Numbered from the stretch's first letter, positions 8,490-17,799 are shown. The stretch: 64,000 bases of DNA from Acidimicrobiaceae bacterium (GCA_003160635.1 PMLV01000229.1:3214-67213); one strand, 5' to 3'. The notes: generated from the letters alone by a model not told the origin. Numbers and translations: made by a program.

Positions 8490-10207
8490 CAGGCAACGGG
8501 ACGCAGGCGCCGGCCCGGGCGAGCCCCGGTCGACGTGCCCTGGCGGGTGGCCACCACCCCGTTGACCACGCTCATCTCCACGCCGACGGCGTCGGTCACC
8601 AGGCGTCGCCCCGATGCCGGCTGATCGTCGACGAACCGTACCCGCGTGGTGGCGATCCGGTCGGGGTCGAAGAGAACGAGGTCGGCCGCGAGACCGGCGC
8701 GCAGCAGCCCCCGGTCACCGAACCCGAGCAGGCGGGCCTGGTCGCCGGTGAGCATGGCCACGGCGCGCTCGAGCGACAGCACCTGGCGCTCACGCACCCA
8801 GTGCTGCAGCGTCCACACGGCGTAGCAGCTGTCGGTGTTGGCCAAAATGTGGGCGCCGGCGTCCGAGGCGCCGATCATGGCGGCGGGGTGCGCCACCAGG
8901 CGCGCCACCTCGTCGTCGTCCCCGTTGCGCATGACGGTGGCCACCTGGGTCTCGAAGTCGTCGGCCAGGGCCAGGTCGAGCAGGAGATCCGTCGGGTCGA
9001 CCCCGCGCTCAGCACTGAGGGAGGCCAGATCCCTCCCCTCCACGCCGGGCTGGAGGGAGTAGCGCACGCGGACGTGGTCCCAGCGCCCGTTGAAGACGGG
9101 GTTCGCCGGCATGGCCGCCCCTTCCCGGCGCAGTTGCGCCCGCGCCTCGGGATCGGCGGCCAGAGCGCGCACGCCGGCGGCGCCGGTGTCGGTCACGACC
9201 GCCATCAACGAGGGCAGGGAGCGCACCAACGTGCCCGGGCTGTCCAACCTCGTCCACAGCTCGAAGGGACGGGTCGAGATCTGGGGCACCACGGTCACAT
9301 CCGGGCGCTGGCCCGCCAGCGTCATGTCCATGAGGACCGAGGCCCCTCCCGGATCGTCGGTGTCGTCGAAGATCGGTCCGACCACCACCGGGCGTCCCGA
9401 GGCCTGCGCCAGCCGTTGATGCCAGGCCAGGTCCGCCACGCGTGCGTCGCGCCCCATGAGGAGCGCGGCATTGGCCATGGTGAACAGACCGGGTCCGGGC
9501 CCCTGGCCCAGCACCGCAGCCAGGCGCAGCAGCTCCTCCTCCCCGCAGACCTGCCCCGGGAGAGCCGTCCCTCCGGGGCCGGGATTGCCGATGACCTGGT
9601 CGGTGGAGAACCCGAGCGCTCCGAGCTCGGTCCCCTGGCGCAGGAGACGGCCCATGGCGTCGATCTCGTCCGGGGTCGCCTGGCGCGTGTAGGCGCCGGG
9701 CACTCCCAGCACGGCGGCGCGCAGGGGCACGTGACCGATCAGGAAGGCGTGGTTGAGCAGCACGTCGAGCTCGTCGAGACGGGCCGCATACGACGGGAGG
9801 TCGGACCAGTCGAAGGGGACCCCGGTCTCGATGGACACCTCGGGGATCTGCTCCACCGTGCTCAGGGCGGCCACCAGGTACTGGCGGGCCTCCTCGGACA
9901 GCACCGGTGCCAGGGCGTACCCGCAATTGGCGGTCACCACGGTGGTGACGCCGAAGCTGGAGGACGGGGTCAGGTCGGCATCCCAGAAGAGGTTGGCATC
10001 GAGATGGGTATGGGGATCGATGAAGCCAGGGGCGAGCACCAGATCCCGTGCGTCCACCTCCTCGGCGGCGCGACCACCGACGTGGCCGCCCACCTGGGCC
10101 AGCTCCCCGTCGCGGACCGCCACGTCGCCTCCGGTCACCGGTCCCCCGGTGCCATCGACGATGGTGGCGCCGCGGAAGATCAGGTCGTACTCGGCTTCAG
10201 ATGCCAT
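8489..10207 (-). CDS. N-acyl-D-amino-acid deacylase (D-aminoacylase) family amidohydrolase
   Basis: N-terminus YDLIFRGATIVDGTGGP, metal site PGFIDPHTHLD and TTVVTANCG. Length 572 aa. GAGGGAA RBS before ATG 10207. Confidence 0.85.
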   Translation of the reverse strand: MASEAEYDLIFRGATIVDGTGGPVTGGDVAVRDGELAQVGGHVGGRAAEEVDARDLVLAPGFIDPHTHLDANLFWDADLTPSSSFGVTTVVTANCGYALAPVLSEEARQYLVAALSTVEQIPEVSIETGVPFDWSDLPSYAARLDELDVLLNHAFLIGHVPLRAAVLGVPGAYTRQATPDEIDAMGRLLRQGTELGALGFSTDQVIGNPGPGGTALPGQVCGEEELLRLAAVLGQGPGPGLFTMANAALLMGRDARVADLAWHQRLAQASGRPVVVGPIFDDTDDPGGASVLMDMTLAGQRPDVTVVPQISTRPFELWTRLDSPGTLVRSLPSLMAVVTDTGAAGVRALAADPEARAQLRREGAAMPANPVFNGRWDHVRVRYSLQPGVEGRDLASLSAERGVDPTDLLLDLALADDFETQVATVMRNGDDDEVARLVAHPAAMIGASDAGAHILANTDSCYAVWTLQHWVRERQVLSLERAVAMLTGDQARLLGFGDRGLLRAGLAADLVLFDPDRIATTRVRFVDDQPASGRRLVTDAVGVEMSVVNGVVATRQGTSTGARPGRRLRPVA

Positions 10208-10216
10208 GGTTCCCTC

Positions 10217-10261
10217 TCATACGGTGTTGGTTCATACGGTGTTGGTTCATACGGTGACGGC
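10217..10261 (-). repeat. 15-bp tandem repeat x3 (2 perfect + 1 diverged copy), each copy containing an in-frame TGA
   Basis: Plus strand reads tcatacggtgttggt / tcatacggtgttggt / tcatacggtgacggc. Minus strand reads ..GTC ACC GTA TGA ACC AAC ACC GTA TGA ACC AAC ACC GTA TGA GAG GGA ACC ATG. Confidence 0.9.
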
Positions 10262-11476
10262 CCTCGTGGTCGCCGACAACATCCCGCCAATCGCGTCGAT
10301 CGGGGCTTCACGATTCCACCCCTCGCCCAGGTAGGCCGTCAACGCATCGAGATCGATGCCGAAGAAGCGGGCCGCCCCGTCGACGAACATGGTGCGCTTG
10401 TCCGCCTCCGAAAGGTCGGTGCGGTCACGCATGATCTCGATGGGATCGGGCCAGGCCCCGTCCTGGTGGGGCCAGTCGCTGGCCCACAGCACCCGGTCGG
10501 CCCCGACGGTGGCGGCGGTCAGGGCCAGTCCGGCGTCGGCCGGCTCGCCCGAGATCACACACTGCTGGCGGAATTGCTCGAGGGCCCCGCGCCGGTGCTC
10601 GCCGGAGATCAACGCCATCTTGTCGTAGGTCTCGTCCAAGCGGCCCAGCCAGTGGGGCAGCCATCCCACGTCACCCTCGAAGAATCCCATGCGGAGCTGG
10701 GGGAACCGGTCGAGCGTCCCGCCGTCGATGACGTGCAGCACGGCCAGCTGCAGCTGGAACGGCACGCCCATCTGCCATTGGGCCCGGTTGGCCAGGTGGT
10801 GGACGATGCCCAGGGTGGGGCTGGCCGGATTGGCGGCGTGGACCACCGCTGGCATCCCGGCCTCGACCAGGCGCGCCCACAGCGGGTCGAGGTCGGCGCT
10901 GCCCAGCGATTGGCCGGCCGGGGTCGGGATCGGCGAGAGCATGATGGTCGTGGCCCCGGCGCCGATGGCCCATTCGAGCTCGGCCGCCGCCCAACCCAGA
11001 TCGTTGAGCGGCAGCACGGCCGCCCAGCGGAACCGGAGCGGGTCCGCCGACGAGAACTCGCGGACCCAGTCGTTGTAGGCGTGGGCCGAGGCGTTGGCGA
11101 ATCCCGGGTCGGGCAGATCGTCGAGCCCCAGTGTCATCGTCGGGAAGAGGACGCTCGCCCCGATGCCCTGGGCGTCCATGAGGGCCAGCCGGCGGGTCGG
11201 ATCGTTGACGCCTGGGTCGACCTCGGTGTCGAGGTCGATGTCCAAGCGGCCGGACGCGCTCAACGCGCCGGGGGTGCACAGCGAGCCGATGCTCCATTCG
11301 AAACTGGTGGGGCTCCCGAAGAACTGCACCTTCTCCCGACCGTCGACCATGACCCGGGTCCACGCCATGTGCCGGTACCGGGCGGGTAGCCGCTCCTGCC
11401 ACAACCCGAACGGCTCCATCACGTGCCCGTCCGCATCGATGATCGGCAACCTCACGGCATGACCCCCATGGCGCAT
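10247..11476 (-). CDS. amidohydrolase 2 family protein (PF04909, ACMSD/LigW-like metal-dependent hydrolase/decarboxylase)
   Basis: LPIIDADGHVMEP N-terminal metal motif and WASDWPH near the C-terminus. The track start 11536 looks too far upstream. ATG 11476 (MRHGGHAVRLPIID) or GTG 11455 are more plausible; the start is uncertain. Confidence 0.8.
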   Translation of the reverse strand: MRHGGHAVRLPIIDADGHVMEPFGLWQERLPARYRHMAWTRVMVDGREKVQFFGSPTSFEWSIGSLCTPGALSASGRLDIDLDTEVDPGVNDPTRRLALMDAQGIGASVLFPTMTLGLDDLPDPGFANASAHAYNDWVREFSSADPLRFRWAAVLPLNDLGWAAAELEWAIGAGATTIMLSPIPTPAGQSLGSADLDPLWARLVEAGMPAVVHAANPASPTLGIVHHLANRAQWQMGVPFQLQLAVLHVIDGGTLDRFPQLRMGFFEGDVGWLPHWLGRLDETYDKMALISGEHRRGALEQFRQQCVISGEPADAGLALTAATVGADRVLWASDWPHQDGAWPDPIEIMRDRTDLSEADKRTMFVDGAARFFGIDLDALTAYLGEGWNREAPIDAIGGMLSATTRAVTV

Positions 11477-11599
11477 TTCCCAGGCCGGCGGGCTCCGAGG
11501 TGGAGAAGGGCGAGAATACCCGTCCCCGGTGTTCATATGTGCGTCCGGGTGGGCATGCGCGGCCGCGAGGAGATGTTCGGCCGGGCGGGCGTGTGCCGC

Positions 11600-12586
11600 T
11601 CAGTGGGCAGGTGCGGCCGGGACGACGAGCACCTTGCCCGTGGCGCGGCGTTCCGCCAGCTCGGTCAGGGCCCGCGCCCCTTCCTCGAGCGGGAACGTGG
11701 CGCCGATGTGGGGAACGACCTTCCCGCCGGCCAGGAGGTCCCACAACTCGGCCTCATGGCGCGCCACGTCTTCCGCCCGGTTGGCGGTGATCCCCTGCAT
11801 GGTGAACCCGGTGATCACCGGTCCTTTCAACAGCACGAGGTTGAGGGGGATCCGGGGGATCTCGCCCGAGGCGAAGCCGACCGTGATGAACTGCCCGCCC
11901 CAGGTCATCGACCGCAGCGCCTGCTCCGCCCAGGGCCCGCCCACCGGGTCGATCACCACGTCCGCGCCACCGCCGGTGAGCTCCTTGATCCGCTCCTTGA
12001 GGTTCTCGGTCAGGTAGTTCACCCCGACCTCGGCGCCCTTCTCCAAGCAGACCGCCAGCTTCTCGTCGGTCGACGCCGCCGCCAGCACCCGCGCTCCGAG
12101 CAGGTGGGCGAGCTCGACGGCGGCCAGGCCGACACCGCCCGCCGCGCCCAGCACCACGACCCAATCCCCCGGGCCGACGTCGGCCACCGTGCGCAGGGCC
12201 AGGTACGCCGTGCGGTGGGCCACCCCGAAGGCGGCCGCCAGCCTGAGGTCCACCGCGTCATCGACCGCATGCACCGAGCCCGCCGGCACCACGATCTGCT
12301 CGGCGAAGGCGCCGATCATCGATGCCCCCGTCACCCGGTCGCCCACCTTCAGCCCGTCGACGCCGGGCCCCACCAGTCGCACCTCACCGGCGAACTCGCT
12401 GCCCGGCGTGAAGGGAACCGGCACGTGGATCTGGTACTGATCGGCGATCAGCAGCACGTCGGGGAAGTTGGCGGCGGCGGCCACGACGTCGACCACCACC
12501 TCGCCCGCCCCCGGGACGGGATCAGGCAGGTCCTCCAGCACCAGGGCGTCGGGCGACCCGTACTCGTTGCAGCGAAGCGCACGCAT
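11600..12586 (-). CDS. NADPH:quinone oxidoreductase-like MDR family oxidoreductase
   Basis: 328 aa with the zeta-crystallin/QOR pattern (GSEFAGEV.., VLGAAGGVGLAAVELA). GGAG RBS before ATG 12586. Confidence 0.8.
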   Translation of the reverse strand: MRALRCNEYGSPDALVLEDLPDPVPGAGEVVVDVVAAAANFPDVLLIADQYQIHVPVPFTPGSEFAGEVRLVGPGVDGLKVGDRVTGASMIGAFAEQIVVPAGSVHAVDDAVDLRLAAAFGVAHRTAYLALRTVADVGPGDWVVVLGAAGGVGLAAVELAHLLGARVLAAASTDEKLAVCLEKGAEVGVNYLTENLKERIKELTGGGADVVIDPVGGPWAEQALRSMTWGGQFITVGFASGEIPRIPLNLVLLKGPVITGFTMQGITANRAEDVARHEAELWDLLAGGKVVPHIGATFPLEEGARALTELAERRATGKVLVVPAAPAH

Positions 12587-12604
12587 GAACTGGGCTCCTG
12601 AGGC

Positions 12605-13906
12605 TCAGGAGTTGCCGACCAGATGCTCGGTCCACGCCGCCAGCTTCTTGCGGGCCAGCTCCCTCTGCGCCGGCAGGTGCGCCGTCGGCCACAGGCCGGG
12701 GGCGGCTTCGTAGTCCTTGAGGACCTCGCGTGCCACCGTGATCTTGTGCACCTCGGTCGGTCCGTCGACCACGCTCATGATGGGCGCCGACATCCACATG
12801 CCGCCGAACGGCATCTCGTTCGAGACGCCGAGAGCGCCGTGCGCGTGCATCGAGCGCCAGACCGCGTCGTGGACGACCTTGGGCGTCAGCATCTTGATGG
12901 CGGCGATGTTCTTGCGGGTGCGCTGGTAATCCCCGTACTTGTCGATCTCCCACGCCGTGTAAAGGGTGAGCAGGCGGAACTGCTGCAACTCGGCGTAGGA
13001 GTCCGCGATGTCGCCCTGCATGAACTCCTTGCGCGCCAGCAGGCTCCCCTGGGTCTCGCGGCTCAGCACCCGTTCGCAGAAGAGGTCCAGCGCCTTCTGG
13101 CACGTCGCCACCGAGCGCATGGCGTGGTGCACCCGGCCCCCGCCGAGGCGGGTCTGGGCGATGGCGAACGCCTGGCCTTCGCCGCCCAGGAGGCTCTCGG
13201 CCGGGACCCGCACCTCGTTGTAGTGGATGAGCGCGTGCATCCCCTCGTCCTCGTCCTCGCCCGAAAGGCCGACGTGACGCACCATTTCGACCCCGGGCGT
13301 GTCGGTCGGGACCAAGAACATCGATGCCCCCTGGTACACCGACACGTCGGGGTCGGTGATGGTCATCACGATGAGGAACGCCGCCGTCCGGGCATTGGAC
13401 GAGAAGTACTTCCATCCGTCAATGACCCAATCGTCCCCGTCGCGCCAGGCCCGGCACGTGAACTGCTTGGGGTCCGAGCCGGCCTGGGGCTCGGTCATCG
13501 AATAACAGGAGAACACCTCGCCGTTGAGGAGCGGCTGGAGGTACTTCTCCTTCTGCTCCTCGGTGCCGTAGTGGGCGATGATCTCGGCATTCCCGGTGTC
13601 GGGAGCCTGGGTGCCGAAGACGATGGGCGCCCAGCCCGACAGGCCCAGGATCTCGTTCAACAGCGCCAGCTTGAGCTGCCCGTACCCCTTGCCGCCCAGC
13701 TCGGGGCCGAGGTGCGCCGCCCACAGTTCGTGGTCCCGCACCTCTTGCTTCATGGGGTCGACGATCGGGCGCAACTCGTCGTCCAGCGGGTGGAACTGGC
13801 GGTGCGGGTAGAGCAGGTCGAGCGGCTCCACCCGCTCGCGTACGAACTCGCGTGTCCAGTCCAGCTTCTCTTGGAATTCGGGCTCAGTTGAGAAATCCCA
13901 GGCCAT
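12605..13906 (-). CDS. acyl-CoA dehydrogenase
   Basis: 433 aa. Motifs YSMTEPQAGSD, WKYFSSNA and a C-terminal HGALGVS helix region. GAGGAGAA RBS before the ATG. Confidence 0.85.
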   Translation of the reverse strand: MAWDFSTEPEFQEKLDWTREFVRERVEPLDLLYPHRQFHPLDDELRPIVDPMKQEVRDHELWAAHLGPELGGKGYGQLKLALLNEILGLSGWAPIVFGTQAPDTGNAEIIAHYGTEEQKEKYLQPLLNGEVFSCYSMTEPQAGSDPKQFTCRAWRDGDDWVIDGWKYFSSNARTAAFLIVMTITDPDVSVYQGASMFLVPTDTPGVEMVRHVGLSGEDEDEGMHALIHYNEVRVPAESLLGGEGQAFAIAQTRLGGGRVHHAMRSVATCQKALDLFCERVLSRETQGSLLARKEFMQGDIADSYAELQQFRLLTLYTAWEIDKYGDYQRTRKNIAAIKMLTPKVVHDAVWRSMHAHGALGVSNEMPFGGMWMSAPIMSVVDGPTEVHKITVAREVLKDYEAAPGLWPTAHLPAQRELARKKLAAWTEHLVGNS

Positions 13907-13959
13907 CAGTGTCTTCTCCTCGGTCGGTGTGACAACTACGGGTTACGCGGACAGGGTGA

Positions 13960-14667
13960 TCATGGTGCGGCATCTCGTGGGGGCGCCGTATCCTCGGCCT
14001 TGCCCCCGGCCGTGCGGGACAGACCGGCGAGGTCCTCCCGCACACCGAGGCCCGACAAGAATCGTTCGTTGCAGGCGCTCACCTGGCGCCGTGCCAGCTC
14101 GGGGTCGGCGTCGTGGGCCACGTACATGGCCGAACCTACCCCCAGCGCAGCGAGGAGATGGGCCAGGGGCTCGACGGGCTGGGGCTCGAGGACGCCCTCG
14201 GCGATGGCATCGGTCAGGTACCGCACGATGTGCTGGGTGGGACCGTCGCTGCGTTCGGACCACGAACGCCATCCGAGCACGGCCGGGCCGTCCACCAGGC
14301 AGATCCGGCGGTAGGCGGGGTTGGTCGACGCCGCGTCCAGGTAGACCTCGCTGTTGGCCCGGAACAGCTCCCAGGCCCCTGCCGCATGGTCGTCGGAGCG
14401 CCGCCACAGCAACTGGACGACCTCGTCCGCCACCTCGTCGTGCACGGCCCGGAAGAGATCCTCTTTGTCCCGGAAGTGGTGATAGAGCGCCCCCCGGGTC
14501 AACCCGGCGCGCCGGACGACATCCTCGGTGCGGGTCGCGGCAAAGCCGTTCTCCGCGAACAGTTGGCGGGCGGTGTCGAGGAGGGCTCGTCGCGTATCCT
14601 GCACGTGGGCTTCGCGGCGGCCGGCGGGCTCCGCCGGACGGCCCGCCGCCCTGGTCCGAGTCGTCAT
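13960..14667 (-). CDS. TetR/AcrR family transcriptional regulator
   Basis: HTH region TRRALLDTARQLFAENGFAATRTEDVVRRAGLTRGALYHHF. ATG 14667 is preferred over the track start 14712 because GGGAGGGGG precedes it. Confidence 0.85.
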   Translation of the reverse strand: MTTRTRAAGRPAEPAGRREAHVQDTRRALLDTARQLFAENGFAATRTEDVVRRAGLTRGALYHHFRDKEDLFRAVHDEVADEVVQLLWRRSDDHAAGAWELFRANSEVYLDAASTNPAYRRICLVDGPAVLGWRSWSERSDGPTQHIVRYLTDAIAEGVLEPQPVEPLAHLLAALGVGSAMYVAHDADPELARRQVSACNERFLSGLGVREDLAGLSRTAGGKAEDTAPPRDAAP

Positions 14668-14744
14668 GGGGCCCCCTCCCGGTGCGGGATGGGCGAGAAA
14701 GGCCCGCGGCACGACATGTCGGAGTGGTCCATGGCCGCAGTTCC

Positions 14745-14806
14745 TTGATACATGATGTTTCTAACATACATACTGTTTGCAGCCCCCGCTTCATGCCAGG
14801 ATGCAC
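14745..14806 (+). promoter_or_regulatory. 62-nt AT-rich conserved intergenic element, copy A (divergent TetR / SDR region); probable promoter + operator
   Basis: ttgatacatgatgtttctaacatacatactgtttgcagcccccgcttcatgccaggatgcac. It is 54/62 identical to 17738..17799 by hand alignment. It contains TTGATA-N18-CATACT and an ATG-initiated mini-ORF. Confidence 0.6.
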
Positions 14807-14848
14807 CCGCCACAACATCGCCCTCGGGCCAAGGGAAGGGAACGGTAC

Positions 14849-15724
14849 GTGAACGATCTGGAAGGAAAGGTAGCCCTGGTGACCGGGGCCAGCCGCGGGG
14901 TCGGCGCTGCCGCAGCCGTTGCACTGGCCGAAGCCGGATGCGACGTGGCCTGCGCGGCAAGAGCCACCGAGGCCAATCCCCAGCGCACCTCGGGCACCAT
15001 CGACGAGACGGTCCGCCGAGTCGAGGCGACGGGCCGGCGGGGTCTGGCCGTCCCCACCAACCTCGGGGTGGACGACGAGGTGATCGCCATGGTCAAGACC
15101 ACCTACGAGCACTTCGGGCGCCTCGACATTCTCATCAACAACGCGGCGATCACGTTCATCGGTGATCTCGACATCCCCCTCAAGCGCTACGACCTCATCA
15201 TGCAGGTGAACCTGCGCGCCCCGCTCATCGCCATCCGGGAGGCCGCGCCCCTCATGGAGGCCCAGGGCGGCGGGGTGGTCATCAACGTGTCCTCGGTCGC
15301 CGCGCTCTATCCGCACCCGCAGCTCCTCGCGTACGGCATCTCGAAGATCGGGCTGGAGCGGCTGACGGTCGACGCCGCGAAGCAGCTGGCCCCTGCGAAC
15401 ATCGCGGTCAACTGCTTCCGCATCGACATCGCGGTGGCCTCCGAGGGCTTCGTGGCCAACACGCCCGGCGCCGACCACTCCAGCTGGGAGCCCTCCGAGG
15501 TGGCGGCCGAAGGCATCGTCTGGATGGTGCGCCAGCCTCCCAGTTACTCGGGACGGCGCGAGAGCATGTTCGCGCTCCGCCACCGCGAGGGGATCATGGC
15601 GACGCGCATCACCGCTCCGATGACCGAGGCACCGCCGACGGAGTTGTACAACGGGCTGGTCGAGTCCTCGGCGGGCAACGACTACTTCGAGGAGCCGTAT
15701 CCAGACGACGAGAAATCCCCGTAG
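14849..15724 (+). CDS. SDR family oxidoreductase
   Basis: GTG 14849 after AAGGGAAGGGAA. Motifs GKVALVTGASRGVG, NNAA and YGISK. The track ORF start 14777 (TTG) lies inside the regulatory element and is unlikely. Confidence 0.8.
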   Translation: MNDLEGKVALVTGASRGVGAAAAVALAEAGCDVACAARATEANPQRTSGTIDETVRRVEATGRRGLAVPTNLGVDDEVIAMVKTTYEHFGRLDILINNAAITFIGDLDIPLKRYDLIMQVNLRAPLIAIREAAPLMEAQGGGVVINVSSVAALYPHPQLLAYGISKIGLERLTVDAAKQLAPANIAVNCFRIDIAVASEGFVANTPGADHSSWEPSEVAAEGIVWMVRQPPSYSGRRESMFALRHREGIMATRITAPMTEAPPTELYNGLVESSAGNDYFEEPYPDDEKSP

Positions 15725-15758
15725 GGCCGAGGGCAACTTCTCTTTCTCTCGGGGCCTC

Positions 15759-16616
15759 CTACCGTGGCCCGTTCGGCCAACGGAGCAGTGAGCCGGCGTC
15801 GACGCGCAACTGCTGCCCCGTGACGTAACGGGACTCGTCGCAACTGAGGAAGAGCACGGCGTTCGATATGTCCACGGGCTCCACGTAGGGGATCGGCATG
15901 GCCTGGAAATAGGTGAACGCGGGGATGACGTCCTCGCGGGTCGGATTCTCGAGGTCCGGCCGGAAGATCTTGTAGAGCTCCTTGTTGTGGATGAGGTGGG
16001 TATTGACGTTGGTGGGATGGATGGCGTTGACCCTGATCATGCGGGGGGCCAGAACCAGGGCCATCTGCTCGACGTAGCCGACCAGCGTCCGCTTGGACCA
16101 CGAATAGCCCGATCCACCCGAGCCCATCGTCCCCGTCTCGGTGGTGCCGGGCATCAAGCCGGCGTTGGATCCGGTCACCACGATCGCACCGCCGTCCGAG
16201 ATGTGGGGGATCGAGACGGCCACGGTGCTCATCACACCGATCAGGTCCACGTCGGTGGCGTCGACGAAGTCCATGGGGTTCCCGACGCCCATGGGCATGA
16301 TGCCGGCGTTCGCCACTACGACGTCGAGGTGGCCGAACTCGGCCACACCTTCCTCCACCACGGTCTGGAGAGAGCTCCGGTCGCGCACGTCCGCCTGCCG
16401 GGCGATGATCCGACGATCCAGGTCCTCGACCGCTTTCGCCGTCTCCGCGAGGTCCTCCGGCGTCGAGAGCGGGTAGAGGTTCGACTCGATCTGCTCGCAG
16501 ATGTCGATAGCGATGATGTCGGCGCCCTCTTGGGCGAGGCGGATGGCATGGCTCCGTCCCTGGCCCCGCGCCGCGCCCGTGATGAATGCGACCTTCCCTT
16601 CCAAACGACCTGTCAT
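15759..16616 (-). CDS. mycofactocin-coupled-type SDR (carveol dehydrogenase LimC-like subfamily)
   Basis: MTGRLEGKVAFITGAARGQGRSHAIRLAQEGADIIAIDIC...YPLSTPEDLAET matches my recollection of the TIGR03971-type subfamily. ATG 16616 is preferred over the track start 16712. Confidence 0.75.
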   Translation of the reverse strand: MTGRLEGKVAFITGAARGQGRSHAIRLAQEGADIIAIDICEQIESNLYPLSTPEDLAETAKAVEDLDRRIIARQADVRDRSSLQTVVEEGVAEFGHLDVVVANAGIMPMGVGNPMDFVDATDVDLIGVMSTVAVSIPHISDGGAIVVTGSNAGLMPGTTETGTMGSGGSGYSWSKRTLVGYVEQMALVLAPRMIRVNAIHPTNVNTHLIHNKELYKIFRPDLENPTREDVIPAFTYFQAMPIPYVEPVDISNAVLFLSCDESRYVTGQQLRVDAGSLLRWPNGPR

Positions 16617-16736
16617 GTGGATCCCCCATGCCTCGTGGGCCAATATTCCGGACGAACCTAACACGGGGCGTTGGACTCTTTGCCGTGAACACCGGGGCAC
16701 GTGCGGTGGCACGCGCGGCGGCGGTCCGGGTCGACG

Positions 16737-17666
16737 TCAGGGTTCGACGACGACGCGGAAGACGCCCTTGGACTTGTCGCGAGCGACTCGAAATGCCTCC
16801 GGTGCGTCCTCTATGGGGAAGCGGTGCGTGATGAGGGTCTGCGCCAGCTCCGGTCGACCGGCAAGCATGTCGGCGGCCTCGGCGAACTCACGTCGTCCTT
16901 GGTGGGCGCAATATCCGAGAGAGGGTCGCAGGGCGACCTCCTTCATGAAGGCCTCCGCGTGGGGCCACGTGATGTCGCCGAACACGCCCATGTAGACCAC
17001 GGTGCCCCCGGGCCGCGCCAACGCAACGGCGCGGTGGAGCGAGCTCTCGCTCCCTCCGGTTTCGAGCACGATGTCGTAGTGGCCCGAGGGGGCGACGGCC
17101 CCGATGAGGTCGCGCGCCTCGAACTGGTGCCGATGACGTGCCTCGAGGGCGACGTCCTCGACGCCCATGGCCTGGGCCGAGGTCACGGCCAAGATGCCGA
17201 TGGCACCGGCACCGACGACAGCGACCCGCGTCGTCGGGCCCACCGCTCCCATGTGACAACCGTGCCAGGCGACCGACGCCGGCTCGACCAACGCGGCATC
17301 CTTGACGTCCAGTCCGGATGGGAGCGGGACGAGCGCCCGGCGCGGCGCACGGAAATATTCGCTCATTCCGCCCGAGGACAGCATTCCGAGTGCGGTCGGC
17401 CCGGCCGACTGGCAACGATTGAAGTTCCCCTGGTCGCACTGCGGACAGCCCGAGCAGCCGAACATCGGCTCGACCGCCACCGCCGTGCCGTCAGCGAGCA
17501 CCCCGGCGAACTCGTGCCCGGCAATCTCCCGGCTCCCGTACTCGAGGTACAGAAGGTCCGAGGCGCATATGCCTGCCGCGGCGACCCGCAGCAGCTCTCC
17601 GTCACCCTCCGGCTCGTCGACGTCGACGAGCTCGACGTCGGGTGGAGCGTTCCGCACTGCGCGCAT
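16737..17666 (-). CDS. zinc-dependent alcohol dehydrogenase (MDR family)
   Basis: Catalytic/structural Zn motifs GICASD..GHEFAG and CSGCPQCDQGNFNRC, plus Rossmann VVGAGAIG. Confidence 0.85.
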   Translation of the reverse strand: MRAVRNAPPDVELVDVDEPEGDGELLRVAAAGICASDLLYLEYGSREIAGHEFAGVLADGTAVAVEPMFGCSGCPQCDQGNFNRCQSAGPTALGMLSSGGMSEYFRAPRRALVPLPSGLDVKDAALVEPASVAWHGCHMGAVGPTTRVAVVGAGAIGILAVTSAQAMGVEDVALEARHRHQFEARDLIGAVAPSGHYDIVLETGGSESSLHRAVALARPGGTVVYMGVFGDITWPHAEAFMKEVALRPSLGYCAHQGRREFAEAADMLAGRPELAQTLITHRFPIEDAPEAFRVARDKSKGVFRVVVEP

Positions 17667-17737
17667 GTGCTGTCCTTCCCTGCACCCGCTCGGAGTCTGG
17701 TTCCGCCGGAGCGTACGACTCCGGGCCGGCGCTTGTT

Positions 17738-17799
17738 TTGATACATCCTGTTTCTCACATACATACTGTTTGGACGCGCCGCTTCATGCAAGGATGCAC
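17738..17799 (+). promoter_or_regulatory. 62-nt AT-rich conserved intergenic element, copy B (divergent ADH / phosphotransferase region)
   Basis: ttgatacatcctgtttctcacatacatactgtttggacgcgccgcttcatgcaaggatgcac. It is 54/62 identical to copy A, in the same orientation relative to the downstream plus-strand gene. Confidence 0.6.

Noticed and set aside
8459-11389. Very long antisense ORFs: 976 aa at 8459..11389 (+), 840 aa at 21464..23986 (+), 726 aa at 34350..36530 (-), 678 aa at 3170..5206 (-), 619 aa at 25223..27082 (+), and many others.
   Set aside because: They lie opposite genes with clear enzyme motifs and translate to low-complexity Arg/Gly/Pro/Asp-rich strings with no recognisable domains. 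These are the usual stop-poor shadow frames of high-GC DNA.
14745-14806. The 62-nt element as a KstR/KstR2-type steroid-regulon operator.
   Set aside because: Neither TnnAACnnGTTnnA nor AnCAAGnnCTTGnT can be fitted to the conserved core. Only a loose AACA-N7-TGTT symmetry is present.
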